Source: a virus | Lineage: Duplodnaviria; Caudoviricetes | Virus record (IMG/VR): IMGVR_UViG_2744054895_000002 | Coordinates: 14,096 to 78,095 of that record | Length of the DNA stretch: 64,000 nucleotides | Direction: 5' to 3' (one strand) | Shown here: in pieces, positions 18,770 through 28,056 of the stretch | Layout: every line of letters starts with the position of its first letter | How positions within the stretch are numbered: the first letter of the stretch is position 1 | Program-made: the position numbers and the translations under genes | Notes under the pieces: model-generated | The model's database searches: none | Told to the model about the DNA's origin: nothing | What the model saw: only the letters and a program-made list of their open reading frames with translations

Positions 18770-20884
18770 ATGCAGACCACGCAGGAGTGGCCGCAGTACG
18801 GCATCGAGTGCGCCGATCGGCACGCCGCCGAGCAGGTGGCAGCCGAACGCCTCAACGCCGAGCTGGCGACCTTGGTCGCCGACGGCGCGATCACCTCTTG
18901 GTGGTTCATCCGCAAGCCGCCCGGCCTGCGGCTCCGCTACCTCCCTGCCGACGGCCGCGCCCACCGACAGCTCAAGGCCCTCTTCGATGCCCTGACTGCT
19001 GAGGGGCGGATCATCCGATGGACCCCAGGCATCTACGAACCGGAAGTCCACGCCTTCGGAGGACGCGCCGGTATGGATGTCGCACACCACCTGTTCCAGC
19101 ACGACAGCCGCAACATCCTCGACTATCTGGCCCGGTCGCAATCTGCCGCCGGAGCCGTACTCGGGCGGCGCGAGCTGGGAATCCTGCTGTTCAGCGTGCT
19201 CATGCGGGGCGCCAGGCTGGACTGGTACGAGCAGGGCGACGTATGGGCCCGGGTTGCCGACGAGCGACCAGCCACGAGTTCGGGGCCTGTCTCTGAGCGG
19301 CTGAGGAAGGCCGTACATCGGTTGATGACCGTCGACGCCGGGCCGACCAGCAGTTTGGTCAACGGAGGGCCACTAGCGGCGCTCACCGACTGGGTCACAT
19401 GGTTCGAGCACGCCGGGCAGCAACTCGTGGATCTTGACCGACGCGGAGTCCTGGAGCGCGGACTCCGCGCGGTCATCGCCCACCACGTGATCTTCCAATG
19501 GAACCGTCTGGGGCTGTCGGCCGCAGACCAAAGCACCTTGTCAACCCTGGCAAAAGAGATCGTCATGGGAACGAGGGAAGGCGCCGCGTCGGCGCCGGAG
19601 ACCAGCACCGCAAGCACTACCTTCAACGAAGTGAGCACTCAGATGACCGATGACACCCGTACCGCCGAAAGCCTGCGCGAGGAGTTGGCAGACCAGCTTC
19701 GCCAACAGGGAACGGTGACTACTGACTCGGTGGACGCGGCGGTACGGACCGTGCCCCGTGACGTTTTCGTGCGCCAGTTCAAGCCCGATGCCTCCCTGGA
19801 AGAGTCGTACGCCGACCAGCCGGTCCACACGAAGTTCAACGACTCAGGCGAGTCCATCAGCGCGGTGTCCCAGCCGACGGTGAACGCGCTGATGCTCGAA
19901 CTCATCAATGCCAGGAAGGGCCACAAGATCGAGGAGGCGGGCGCGGGCAGCGGCCTGTTCGCCTCCTACTTGGGGCATCTGGTCGGTCCCGAGGGACACG
20001 TCATCACGCTCGACGTCGACCAGGACCTTGTCGACGGGGCCCGCGCTGCCGTAGAGAAGGCCGGGGTGAGCAACGTGAGCGTCATCCTCGGCGACGGTGC
20101 GGTCGGCCACCCCGACGGAGCCCCCTACGACCGGATCGTGGCGACTGTCGGTGCCCACGGCATCCCCCAGGCGTGGCTGGACCAGCTCGCCCCCGACGGC
20201 CGCCTCGTCGTGCCGATGCGACTGCGCGGCAGCGTCTCGCGCGCCGTCGCCTTCGAGCGTGACGAAACCGGCCGCTGGCGAAGCGTCCGCAGCGAGATGT
20301 GCACGTTCATGCCCCTGCGCGCAGGAGTGGCCGACGACCCTCGCCGCGTCGTCTCGCTGACCGACGACGGTTCCGTCAAGCTTCAGTTCAACGGAGAGCA
20401 GCAGGCGGACGAGGCTGCGCTGCAGGGAGTGCTCGAACGCCCGGGCACCGAGACATGGTCGGGCGTGACGTTCCGGGGGCCGGAGTCCCCGGAGTTCATG
20501 TGGCTGTGGCTGGCCTGCCGTCTGGACAACGCCTTGAGCCGGATGGAAGTCGATCGTCAGTCTCCCGCTGCCAGCAAGCTCGACCCCATGTTCCGCCCCA
20601 TGGCCGTGGCAGAGCAGGGCGACCTCGCTTACCTGACCCTGCGCAAAGCTGACCTGGACCAGGAGGGCAACCAACTCTACGAGGCGGGAGCTATTGGCCA
20701 CGGGCCTGCGGGCAAGGAGCTTGCCGACCGGGTGGCCGAGGAGATGGCCGTCTGGCACCGCAGCTTCCGGGGGCGCGACGTGACATTTGAGATTCAGCCG
20801 CTCAGCGCCGCCCCGCTCCACTCGAAGCCTGGTCGCTTCGCCTTCGATAACCCGATCAACCGGATCGTCATCGAGTGGCAGTGA
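18770..20884 (+). CDS. fxlM: FxLD-system methyltransferase: Lant_dehydr_C-like N-terminus fused to PIMT-like domain
   Basis: N-term WWFIRK, YEPEVHAFGG, HHVIFQWNRLG; C-term SQP, EAGAGSG, YDRIVAT, GRLVVP. Confidence 0.88.
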   Translation: MQTTQEWPQYGIECADRHAAEQVAAERLNAELATLVADGAITSWWFIRKPPGLRLRYLPADGRAHRQLKALFDALTAEGRIIRWTPGIYEPEVHAFGGRAGMDVAHHLFQHDSRNILDYLARSQSAAGAVLGRRELGILLFSVLMRGARLDWYEQGDVWARVADERPATSSGPVSERLRKAVHRLMTVDAGPTSSLVNGGPLAALTDWVTWFEHAGQQLVDLDRRGVLERGLRAVIAHHVIFQWNRLGLSAADQSTLSTLAKEIVMGTREGAASAPETSTASTTFNEVSTQMTDDTRTAESLREELADQLRQQGTVTTDSVDAAVRTVPRDVFVRQFKPDASLEESYADQPVHTKFNDSGESISAVSQPTVNALMLELINARKGHKIEEAGAGSGLFASYLGHLVGPEGHVITLDVDQDLVDGARAAVEKAGVSNVSVILGDGAVGHPDGAPYDRIVATVGAHGIPQAWLDQLAPDGRLVVPMRLRGSVSRAVAFERDETGRWRSVRSEMCTFMPLRAGVADDPRRVVSLTDDGSVKLQFNGEQQADEAALQGVLERPGTETWSGVTFRGPESPEFMWLWLACRLDNALSRMEVDRQSPAASKLDPMFRPMAVAEQGDLAYLTLRKADLDQEGNQLYEAGAIGHGPAGKELADRVAEEMAVWHRSFRGRDVTFEIQPLSAAPLHSKPGRFAFDNPINRIVIEWQ

Positions 20885-20885
20885 G

Positions 20886-22019
20886 ATGGATGCCAGCCAG
20901 ATAACGCGAAGGTTCCCTCTGGTCGCTCGCCCTCGCCCCGCATGCACGCCACTCGACGAACGGGTTCGCGAGATCGGCGCCCTCGCGCGAGAGGCAGAAC
21001 ACGAAGGGCGCATGGCACTGGCCGCCACGGCGTTCAACAAAGCCGCGCTGCTGGCCAGCGACTGCGACCTGCCCGAGCTGGCTCGCGCTCTGTGCTGGCG
21101 ACATTCCGAGGTGTACCTGCGCACCCAGCCACTGGGTGCGCAGGTCGCCCGGTACGGTCTGGAGCCCTTGGTCAACCTCGCCCGGTTGCTGATCCGCTCC
21201 GGCGACGGCGAAGCCGCTTACGTCCTCCTCGACTCCATGTTCCAAGCAGTGAAATCCGGCTCGGACACCGTCATCGATGGGCGAACTGTGTCCTTCGAGC
21301 ACATCACCGGATCAGACGAAAACCGCCGTGAGCTGTACCAGTGGCTGTGGGCCGTACTGCTCGCCGACGGCGCCCGCGCTCTGGCCAGCGCGGGCCGGTG
21401 GACGGATGCACTGGCCCAGCTCAAGCGCCACAAGGGGATTGGCAAGCGGATGTTCGACGGTCGCCAAGTCGCGGTGATCGCTGACCTCACGGCAGACAAC
21501 GCATTCGGGGCCATGACCCTCCTGGCCGACACCGTCCCGGGTGAGCCCTGGGAGAACGCCGTCACGGCTTGCCTGATGGTGATGTCCCGACGGCAGGCTG
21601 GCTTACCGGTCGATCGCGAACTTGCCGAGTTGCTGGACTGCTACCAGCGACTTGACCGCCCGGCGGAGTTGGCCGTCTTCCACACCCGGTTGGGCCTCTC
21701 TGTCCTCGACATCGCCGATGGCGTTGGCGAGGTGGTTGCCCATCGCATCGCGACGAACCTCATTGGTCAGACGGTGGCGACATCAGATGGATACGCGGCC
21801 CGTGACGTGCTGGCCCACGTGGGCTGCTCCGCACTCCTGACGAGTGCCCAAGCCCAACAACTCGGCCACGCGGTGGAAGCCTGTGCCCTCGGTAGAGGCC
21901 ACATTCCCGTAGAAATGCGAACCGACTTGATGGCCGCGCTCGATCTCAGTGAAGGAGTGCTCAGGCAAACGTTGGCTGCAACACCCCCGTGCGGCCGGCC
22001 CCCGGCCTTCGACCGGTGA
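20886..22019 (+). CDS. Helical accessory protein of the FxLD cluster
   Basis: Starts 1 nt after fxlM stop; RRFPLVARPRPAC N-terminus. Confidence 0.7.
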   Translation: MDASQITRRFPLVARPRPACTPLDERVREIGALAREAEHEGRMALAATAFNKAALLASDCDLPELARALCWRHSEVYLRTQPLGAQVARYGLEPLVNLARLLIRSGDGEAAYVLLDSMFQAVKSGSDTVIDGRTVSFEHITGSDENRRELYQWLWAVLLADGARALASAGRWTDALAQLKRHKGIGKRMFDGRQVAVIADLTADNAFGAMTLLADTVPGEPWENAVTACLMVMSRRQAGLPVDRELAELLDCYQRLDRPAELAVFHTRLGLSVLDIADGVGEVVAHRIATNLIGQTVATSDGYAARDVLAHVGCSALLTSAQAQQLGHAVEACALGRGHIPVEMRTDLMAALDLSEGVLRQTLAATPPCGRPPAFDR

Positions 22020-22052
22020 ATCTACAAGCGGCGCAACGTGGTGGAACGGTGC
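21993..22052 (+). pseudogene. IS5-family transposase C-terminal remnant
   Basis: Translates GRPPAFDR*IYKRRNVVERC, like the actinobacterial IS5 DDE C-terminal motif. Confidence 0.65.
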
Positions 22053-22269
22053 TCGCAACTGACGGGCCAGGTAGTCGAGTTCGCCGTAGGGTAGAGCGAC
22101 GCAGTCCGGAGCTCGTGATCAGGCCAACTGACGCAACTCTGCCCAGTGCGTGCGGCTACGGCCTTATCGTGCGGGTACGTGGATGAAGACGAATTCGGCC
22201 GCGGGCTCGCCGAGCTGGAGATAAGGCCCGATCCGAGACCGGCACGAGCAGAATAGGAAGGGGAATTGC

Positions 22270-22919
22270 GTGTCCGCTCCGCCGTCGCTCGGGCCTGTCG
22301 CACGCTTGCGTGAACACAACGAACGGGTCCTGAGGCTGCGTCAGGACATCCGGGAGGTGACCCTTCGGCAGCGTCTGATGTACGGCTTCGGTGCTGGTGT
22401 CGTGCTCTGCGTCCTCGGCGTCGCCGTCCCTACAGCACTGACGTGGCGGCGCTTCAACATGGCACCCATCAACACGGTGCTCGTTCTCCTGGCCGTCGTA
22501 TCTGTTGTTGGGTTCATTGCGTCCTCATCGATGGAAACGATCAGACGCGCAGGCTCACGGCCTGACACTTTTGGGGAACGGCTGACTCGCCAGGAGCTGG
22601 AGCTGGATCTCGAAATCGCTATTGAGAACAGGCTCATCGACGCGACCCCGCTAGACATCCCCATCCGCAACAGGCAGTTCGCCTAGGCATCACCGGGTAC
22701 TACAAGTTCCGCGAACGCAGCTTCAACCTGCAGCAGACCGCGGACTCGATCGAAGAGCACGCCAACGCTTTCCACCTCGGCCTGCCGCCCTACGACAGCA
22801 CCGACCCTGCGGCCAACCTGGCGCTCCTGACTGCCAAGGTCGAAACCCTCCGAGTGGAACAAAGACGCCGAGAACAACAACTTGACCAACCGCCGGAAAC
22901 TCGCGACCAGTCCGGCTGA
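22270..22919 (+). pseudogene. SLATT/DUF4231-like membrane protein with internal deletion
   Basis: 2-TM N-part stops at 22686; another frame continues GITGYYKFRERSFNLQQTADSIEE...EQRRREQQLDQ to TGA at 22919. Confidence 0.6.
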
Positions 22920-23294
22920 TCCTTAGCCTCAGCAGAGCCCAGGGAAGGCCGCCACACGCTGTCGGTCAGCCCGGCAGCTTGTCGGTGTTGTCACTTGGCG
23001 GCACAGCCCCGTGAGCCTTCGGCAGCGGCTGCCCAGGTGACGGGCCCCGGAGTGAAAGCGTCCTGCCCGACCGGCCGTGTTTGAACGGTGTCGACGGTCA
23101 CGAAGCCGCTCGGCCCGCCGTACAGGCGGGCGATGGGACGGCTGAGCCTAGTGCGGGCCGACGCCAGGTGCCCGTGGCATTGAACCTCGAGCCGTAACAC
23201 GACTGATCACGGTCGCGTGGCTGGCCCGCCAGACGCTGCTCAGTTTCGGCGTTTCTGTGGCGGCGCTGATGCTTGATGACCATGCTGGTCAGCT

Positions 23295-24167
23295 ATGGGT
23301 AATGAGCCGTCGCCGGAGAGATCATCCTCGTCAGTGTCGAGGCAAGTTGGTCGTTTGTTTGGCGTCTCCGTGGGTGTCGGAGCGGCGATGACCGCGGGGA
23401 TTGCATGGGCCGCAAACCGGTTTCCCGAAGGACCTTCGCCCCAGGGCCTTGCAGCCTTACTGGGGGCAGGAGCCGCGGTTGTGGGCGCCGGGCTCGCGGT
23501 TGTGGCCATTTGGCAGGGGCGCCAGGCTGACCGAGCCATCGATGCCGGTCGTGAACGTGTTCGTGAGGCCGAGCGCGGGGTGGAAGGTGCTCTGGCTGCT
23601 CCCTCCGGATCGGCAACCACCGTGGTGGTGACCAACGGGGGCCCTGCGGTGACCGGAGAGGCGGAGGTGACAAACGATCGCCGAGATCTGGCACTGGCCC
23701 GGTTGTGGTCACTGACTCATCGACGGTTGGACCTTTATCACGAGATTGCCACGAACCAGGCACGGCGTTCGTTCGTGAGCGCACAGATCTCAATGGTGAT
23801 CGGCTTTGCGCTGCTAGTGCTGTTTGTCGTCCTGGCCTTGAACGTGAGCAGCACCACCGGCGCAATTGTGACGGGCGGTCTTGGGGCGGTCTCGGCAGCT
23901 CTGGCCGGATTCATCAGCAAGACTTTTGTGAAGTCCCAGCAGTCTGCGGCTGATCACCTCAAGGCATACTTCGATCAGCCGCTGGAATTCTCCCGCTACC
24001 TGGCAGCAGAGCGGTTGCTGGCCGACGCGGGTCTGCCCGATGAGAAGCGGGCTGATGTTGTCTCCGTGTTGGTTCAAACGATCGCGGCCGGGCCCGGGCC
24101 TGACGCTCCCTTGGGTTCGAATGGACTGGCGCAACAGTTGCAAGACCTGCTGCCCGGTCAGCCATAG
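23295..24167 (+). CDS. TRADD-N-associated membrane-domain-like protein
   Basis: YHEIATNQARRSF followed by two TM helices; extra N-terminal TMs. Confidence 0.6.
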   Translation: MGNEPSPERSSSSVSRQVGRLFGVSVGVGAAMTAGIAWAANRFPEGPSPQGLAALLGAGAAVVGAGLAVVAIWQGRQADRAIDAGRERVREAERGVEGALAAPSGSATTVVVTNGGPAVTGEAEVTNDRRDLALARLWSLTHRRLDLYHEIATNQARRSFVSAQISMVIGFALLVLFVVLALNVSSTTGAIVTGGLGAVSAALAGFISKTFVKSQQSAADHLKAYFDQPLEFSRYLAAERLLADAGLPDEKRADVVSVLVQTIAAGPGPDAPLGSNGLAQQLQDLLPGQP

Positions 24168-24297
24168 CCAGGGTCCCCCAGTACTCCGTGCCACTCAAAC
24201 TTCGATGCCACAAACCTGGTGATCATCAAGGTTCGATGGCACAGGATAGGGGCACAGAGAATCCGAACTGCCTGGTTCCGCGGCTAGGCTCGAACAC

Positions 24298-24729
24298 ATG
24301 AGCGTGCCTACTGAAGGGCTGACTCTGGGGGCCGTCAGCGCGATCGTCGAGAAGAAGATCCTTACCAACAAGATCCGGATCTATCGGCCTGGCGAGCCGG
24401 TGTTCAACCCGGATACCGGACAATACGAGCCTGGCCCACCCGTCACCATCTACGAAGGCTCGGGTGCGCTCTTCCCCGCGGGCGGCCCATCTGTTGTTCT
24501 GCACCTCGCGGGACAGGCATACGTGGATGACACCCCGTCCCGGTACCGTCTCCTGACGCCGTTGTCGGCCCCAGTCGCCTCCCGCGAGGACACCGTCGCC
24601 GTCATCGAGGCCGAGGATGAAGCGGCCATCGGCCGAACGTGGCGAGTGCTCGACGTCGGGGAGACCTCCACGCTGAGCATCGTCCGCACCACGTGGGTGG
24701 ACCAGAACACCCAGACGGCGGGGGAGTGA
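24298..24729 (+). CDS. DUF6093-like head closure protein (copy 1)
   Basis: IRIYRPG..FNPDTG..IYEG pattern; neck-region synteny. Confidence 0.65.
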   Translation: MSVPTEGLTLGAVSAIVEKKILTNKIRIYRPGEPVFNPDTGQYEPGPPVTIYEGSGALFPAGGPSVVLHLAGQAYVDDTPSRYRLLTPLSAPVASREDTVAVIEAEDEAAIGRTWRVLDVGETSTLSIVRTTWVDQNTQTAGE

Positions 24730-24730
24730 A

Positions 24731-25156
24731 GTGACCACAGCGATCGATCCGGAGGAAGTCCGCAAGGAACTGGAGGCCAAGCTCCTCCTGGACACGGTTC
24801 GGGTGACGCGCCCTATCGGGACGCCTGTGCTTGACCCGGCCACTGGGCTCCTTGGGGAGGTGCCCGCCGACGTAATCTACGAAGGGCCGGGTGCCGTGTT
24901 GTCCGGCCACGGCCAGGTCACAGCGGAGGGCATCGTGGGCAAGCAGTGGTTGGACGACACGGTGTCCTGGTACCGGCTCCTGACTCCGCTGAGTGCACCG
25001 GTACCGGCCCGGTATGACCGCGTCGAGGTGACCGTTGCGCATTCAGGGAGTGCGGCAACCGGCGGACGGGTGTGGCAGGTGCTGGACCCGGCTGAAGCCT
25101 CTACCGTCGAACTGGTCCGTGTCACTCGACTGGACGAGATCACACCGCCGTCGTGA
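24731..25156 (+). CDS. DUF6093-like head closure protein (copy 2)
   Basis: Paralog of previous gene (IYEG.GA, YRLLTPLSAPV, W.VLD). Confidence 0.65.
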   Translation: MTTAIDPEEVRKELEAKLLLDTVRVTRPIGTPVLDPATGLLGEVPADVIYEGPGAVLSGHGQVTAEGIVGKQWLDDTVSWYRLLTPLSAPVPARYDRVEVTVAHSGSAATGGRVWQVLDPAEASTVELVRVTRLDEITPPS

Positions 25157-25196
25157 GGCGAATCGGAGTTTCCGAGAATCGTCCTACGCTCGACGT

Positions 25197-25601
25197 ATGG
25201 AGATCACGGACACTCCGCCCGCCGACATGCAGAAGGTAAGGATCACGGCAGACGGCAGTAAGGCGTCGATACAGATAGGCGGAATCGACTACTCGCGCGT
25301 CGTCTCCGGCTACACGATCCACCAACAGGCTGGACAGGAACCCGACTTGGTTATCCAGCTCGCCAAGGGACGCAACAGCCCCGACTTCGACGGCTACGCC
25401 CGGGTCGCCATCGGCGTCCCATACGAGCCGGGCCCGGCGGCGGCCCATTTCCTGTCGGCCATCGACGCGAGCCTGCTGGAGAAGGCGGCACTCGCCCGCC
25501 CCGACCTCGACGGCGGCCCGCACGGATTCACAAAGGCTGTACTGGCACAGCTCCAGCAGTGGGCGCGGGGGGAGTTCGACCGAGCCCAGGAGACGAGCTG
25601 A
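25197..25601 (+). CDS. Hypothetical phage protein
   Basis: Stop overlaps next start; phage-like codon use. Confidence 0.55.
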   Translation: MEITDTPPADMQKVRITADGSKASIQIGGIDYSRVVSGYTIHQQAGQEPDLVIQLAKGRNSPDFDGYARVAIGVPYEPGPAAAHFLSAIDASLLEKAALARPDLDGGPHGFTKAVLAQLQQWARGEFDRAQETS

Positions 25602-26032
25602 TGGCATCCCCGCAGAACCCTCACCTCAATGCGCACCCGCTGGCGGGGGCGTACTCGAACGCTCCGCAAATCGCGGCGCGGCTGAACGCCCGCGCGGCAG
25701 CCGCGCTGCCTGCTGTGGCCAGCGTCGTCCAGCACTACGCCATGCTGCTGGAGACGAGGATCAAGGCCAACGCAAGCGGCAGGCCGGGACCGAACGCGCC
25801 GACCGGCGACTACCGGCGTTCGTGGACACACGAGTTCATCACCAGCGGCATGACCGTCGAGGCGGTCGTCGGCACCAACAAGCCTCAGAGCAGGCGCTTG
25901 GAGTACGGCTTCGTCGGCGCCGACAGCCTCGGGCGGATCTACAACCAGCCGCCGTTTCCGCATGTTGGACCGGCCGTCGAGGAGATCCGCCCTGCCTTCC
26001 TGGCCGCAGTCGGAGCGGCGGTGGGCGGCTGA
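25601..26032 (+). CDS. HK97 gp10-like neck/tail-completion protein
   Basis: TGDYRRS, LEYG, PFPHVGPA motifs. Confidence 0.75.
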   Translation: MASPQNPHLNAHPLAGAYSNAPQIAARLNARAAAALPAVASVVQHYAMLLETRIKANASGRPGPNAPTGDYRRSWTHEFITSGMTVEAVVGTNKPQSRRLEYGFVGADSLGRIYNQPPFPHVGPAVEEIRPAFLAAVGAAVGG

Positions 26033-26463
26033 TGGCCGTTTCCGGACGTGTGCTCAGCCTCGCCGTCCAAGCGATGCTCGCCACCTCGACGGGCCGCTCC
26101 TGCGGGTACGGAGCGGCGCCCACCGCCAGCAGCCTTCCCACGGGGGCGGCCACTCCGTACAGCGTGCTGTACCCGGTTGGCTCGACCAGCGACGGCCCGC
26201 CGTTCGGTGACGCCAGTGCGGACGCCCGAATCATCTACCAGGTCACGTCGGTCGGCACGACCGCCGAGCAGGCCGAGTGGATGGCCGACAAGGTCCGGGC
26301 GGGCATCCTGACCCGCACGCCCGCTGGCTACACCTACTCCATCACCGCCACCGGCTACGTGGTCATGGCCCGCGAGCTGGACAAGGAGGAAGGCGTGACT
26401 GCCGCAAGTGGCGTATACAGTTACGTTCAGCGGTTCGCGATCGAAGTGACAACCCTCAGCTGA
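26032..26463 (+). CDS. Tail terminator-like protein
   Basis: PYSVLY, YQVTSVG; between gp10-like and major tail genes. Confidence 0.65.
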   Translation: MAVSGRVLSLAVQAMLATSTGRSCGYGAAPTASSLPTGAATPYSVLYPVGSTSDGPPFGDASADARIIYQVTSVGTTAEQAEWMADKVRAGILTRTPAGYTYSITATGYVVMARELDKEEGVTAASGVYSYVQRFAIEVTTLS

Positions 26464-26598
26464 CAGCGCGCCCACCTCACCGCGGAGGCCCATCGCGGAC
26501 GCCCGGCCACTCGGTACGGGCTGACTCCCAGCTTGATCCATTGGGGACGGGCCTGCCGTATTCCGGAGCCATCAGCGTCCCCGGAGAGTGAGAGTCGC

Positions 26599-27096
26599 GT
26601 GGCAACCACGCAGCAGCAGCGTTTCATGCGCCGAGGCACCACCCTCTTCTACTTCTTGCAGAAGATCGCCTCCGACGACAACATCCCCACCCGCGCCGAA
26701 CTGGGCCCCACCAACGCCACCAATCTGTCGGACACCATCTCCGACGTCGAAGGCTGGTCGTTGGAAAACACCCCGATCGACACCCCGGACATGGGCAGCA
26801 CGTTCGCCACCACGATCCCCGGTGAGGACAAGGCCGACAACAGCTCGCTGACCTTCTACGAGGACAAGGTCAGCGACGAGATCGAGACCCTGCTGTCCAA
26901 GGGCGTCATCGGCTTCGTCGCCATCCTGCGCAAGGGCGACGTGCCCGGCTCCAAGTCCCTCGACGTGTTCCCCGTCCGCGTCGGCAGCCGCAGCCCCTCG
27001 TACAGCACCGCGTCCGAGCCCGCGAAGTTCAAGGTCACCTTCGGAATCACCGACGAGCCGACCCTGGATGCCGCCGTGCCGGCGAAGACCGCCTGA
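26599..27096 (+). CDS. Major tail (tube) protein
   Basis: PTRAEL, DTPDMGSTF, DVFPVRV; synteny. Confidence 0.8.
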   Translation: MATTQQQRFMRRGTTLFYFLQKIASDDNIPTRAELGPTNATNLSDTISDVEGWSLENTPIDTPDMGSTFATTIPGEDKADNSSLTFYEDKVSDEIETLLSKGVIGFVAILRKGDVPGSKSLDVFPVRVGSRSPSYSTASEPAKFKVTFGITDEPTLDAAVPAKTA

Positions 27097-27109
27097 GCGG
27101 GGGTGCTGC

Positions 27110-27721
27110 ATGACCACCACAGCGACCACGCAGCCGCCCGCCGCCGCGGTCGCCCGCGACGCCCATTGGTCGGCGAAGATGGCGCGGCTCAAGGCGCGCA
27201 AGCTCCCGGAGCGCAGCCTGCGGCTGTGCGATGACGACGAGGCGAAGAAGAACGTGACCGACGCCGCCCTGGAGCTGGCCAAGGCCCGCACCGCGGCCCG
27301 CGCGGAATCCGTCGAGCAGGGCATTGCCGAGGACGCCCGGGAGGAGTGGACAGTCGCGCAGCCGGACGTTGCAACCGCGCAACTGCGGTTGGACGCAGCC
27401 GAACGGGCCCTCGATGATGCCACAGTCGTCCTGACCTTCCGGGCCCTGCCGCGTCCGGCCTGGGAACAGCTTCTGCGCGATCACCCGCCGACGGAAGCCC
27501 AGGCTGACCAGGGCATGGAGTACAACGTCGAGACGTACCCAGCCGCCCTCATCGCCGCGTGCCATGTCGAGCGGGATGAGTCCGGGGGCGAGGTCCCCGG
27601 GATGAGCGAGCAGGAAGCGCAGGAGCTTCTCGATGCCTGGCCTGACTCCGAGGCCAAAGCCCTGTTCACCTGTGCGCTGCTGGTCAACCAGACGCTGCGG
27701 GCTGACCTGGGAAAAGGCTGA
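27110..27721 (+). CDS. Tail assembly chaperone (G)
   Basis: FRALPR..W...HPP motif; ends at slippery site. Confidence 0.75.
   Translation: MTTTATTQPPAAAVARDAHWSAKMARLKARKLPERSLRLCDDDEAKKNVTDAALELAKARTAARAESVEQGIAEDAREEWTVAQPDVATAQLRLDAAERALDDATVVLTFRALPRPAWEQLLRDHPPTEAQADQGMEYNVETYPAALIAACHVERDESGGEVPGMSEQEAQELLDAWPDSEAKALFTCALLVNQTLRADLGKG
27709..27715 (+). promoter_or_regulatory. -1 programmed ribosomal frameshift site G GGA AAA
   Basis: X XXY YYZ heptamer in chaperone frame; -1 frame is open into the ORF ending 28053. Confidence 0.8.
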
Positions 27722-28053
27722 CCTCCGACCCGGGCTTCCGCGCGGAGATGGAGATCTGCGCCTCGTATGGAATTCCGCACTCGCAGTTCACCGGGGCGGG
27801 AGACGGGCGGTGGTCGGCGCTCGACCGTGCGAAGGCCATCGCCTACCTCGCTTTCTCGCGGGCGCTGTGCGAGTCGTGCGGGACCAGGCCGGAGGAGTGG
27901 GACGAGAAAGCGGGTGGCGACCGCTTCGCGTACGTCACCGAGACACACCGGTGTGTCGGCTGCGAGCTGATCGCCATGGAGCAGGAACAGGTCCCGGATG
28001 GTCCGGAGGGGCGTGGGGTGAAGGTCGGGCTTCGGCCCAGGAAGAAGGCGTAG
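27715..28053 (+). CDS. Tail assembly chaperone frameshift extension (GT)
   Basis: -1 frame; CESCG...CVGC; precedes tape measure. Confidence 0.72.
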   Translation, partial: RLTSDPGFRAEMEICASYGIPHSQFTGAGDGRWSALDRAKAIAYLAFSRALCESCGTRPEEWDEKAGGDRFAYVTETHRCVGCELIAMEQEQVPDGPEGRGVKVGLRPRKKA

Positions 28054-28056
28054 CCA

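Noticed and set aside
22920-23290. Small ORFs between the SLATT-like and TM genes
   Set aside because: No RBS, motif or codon support
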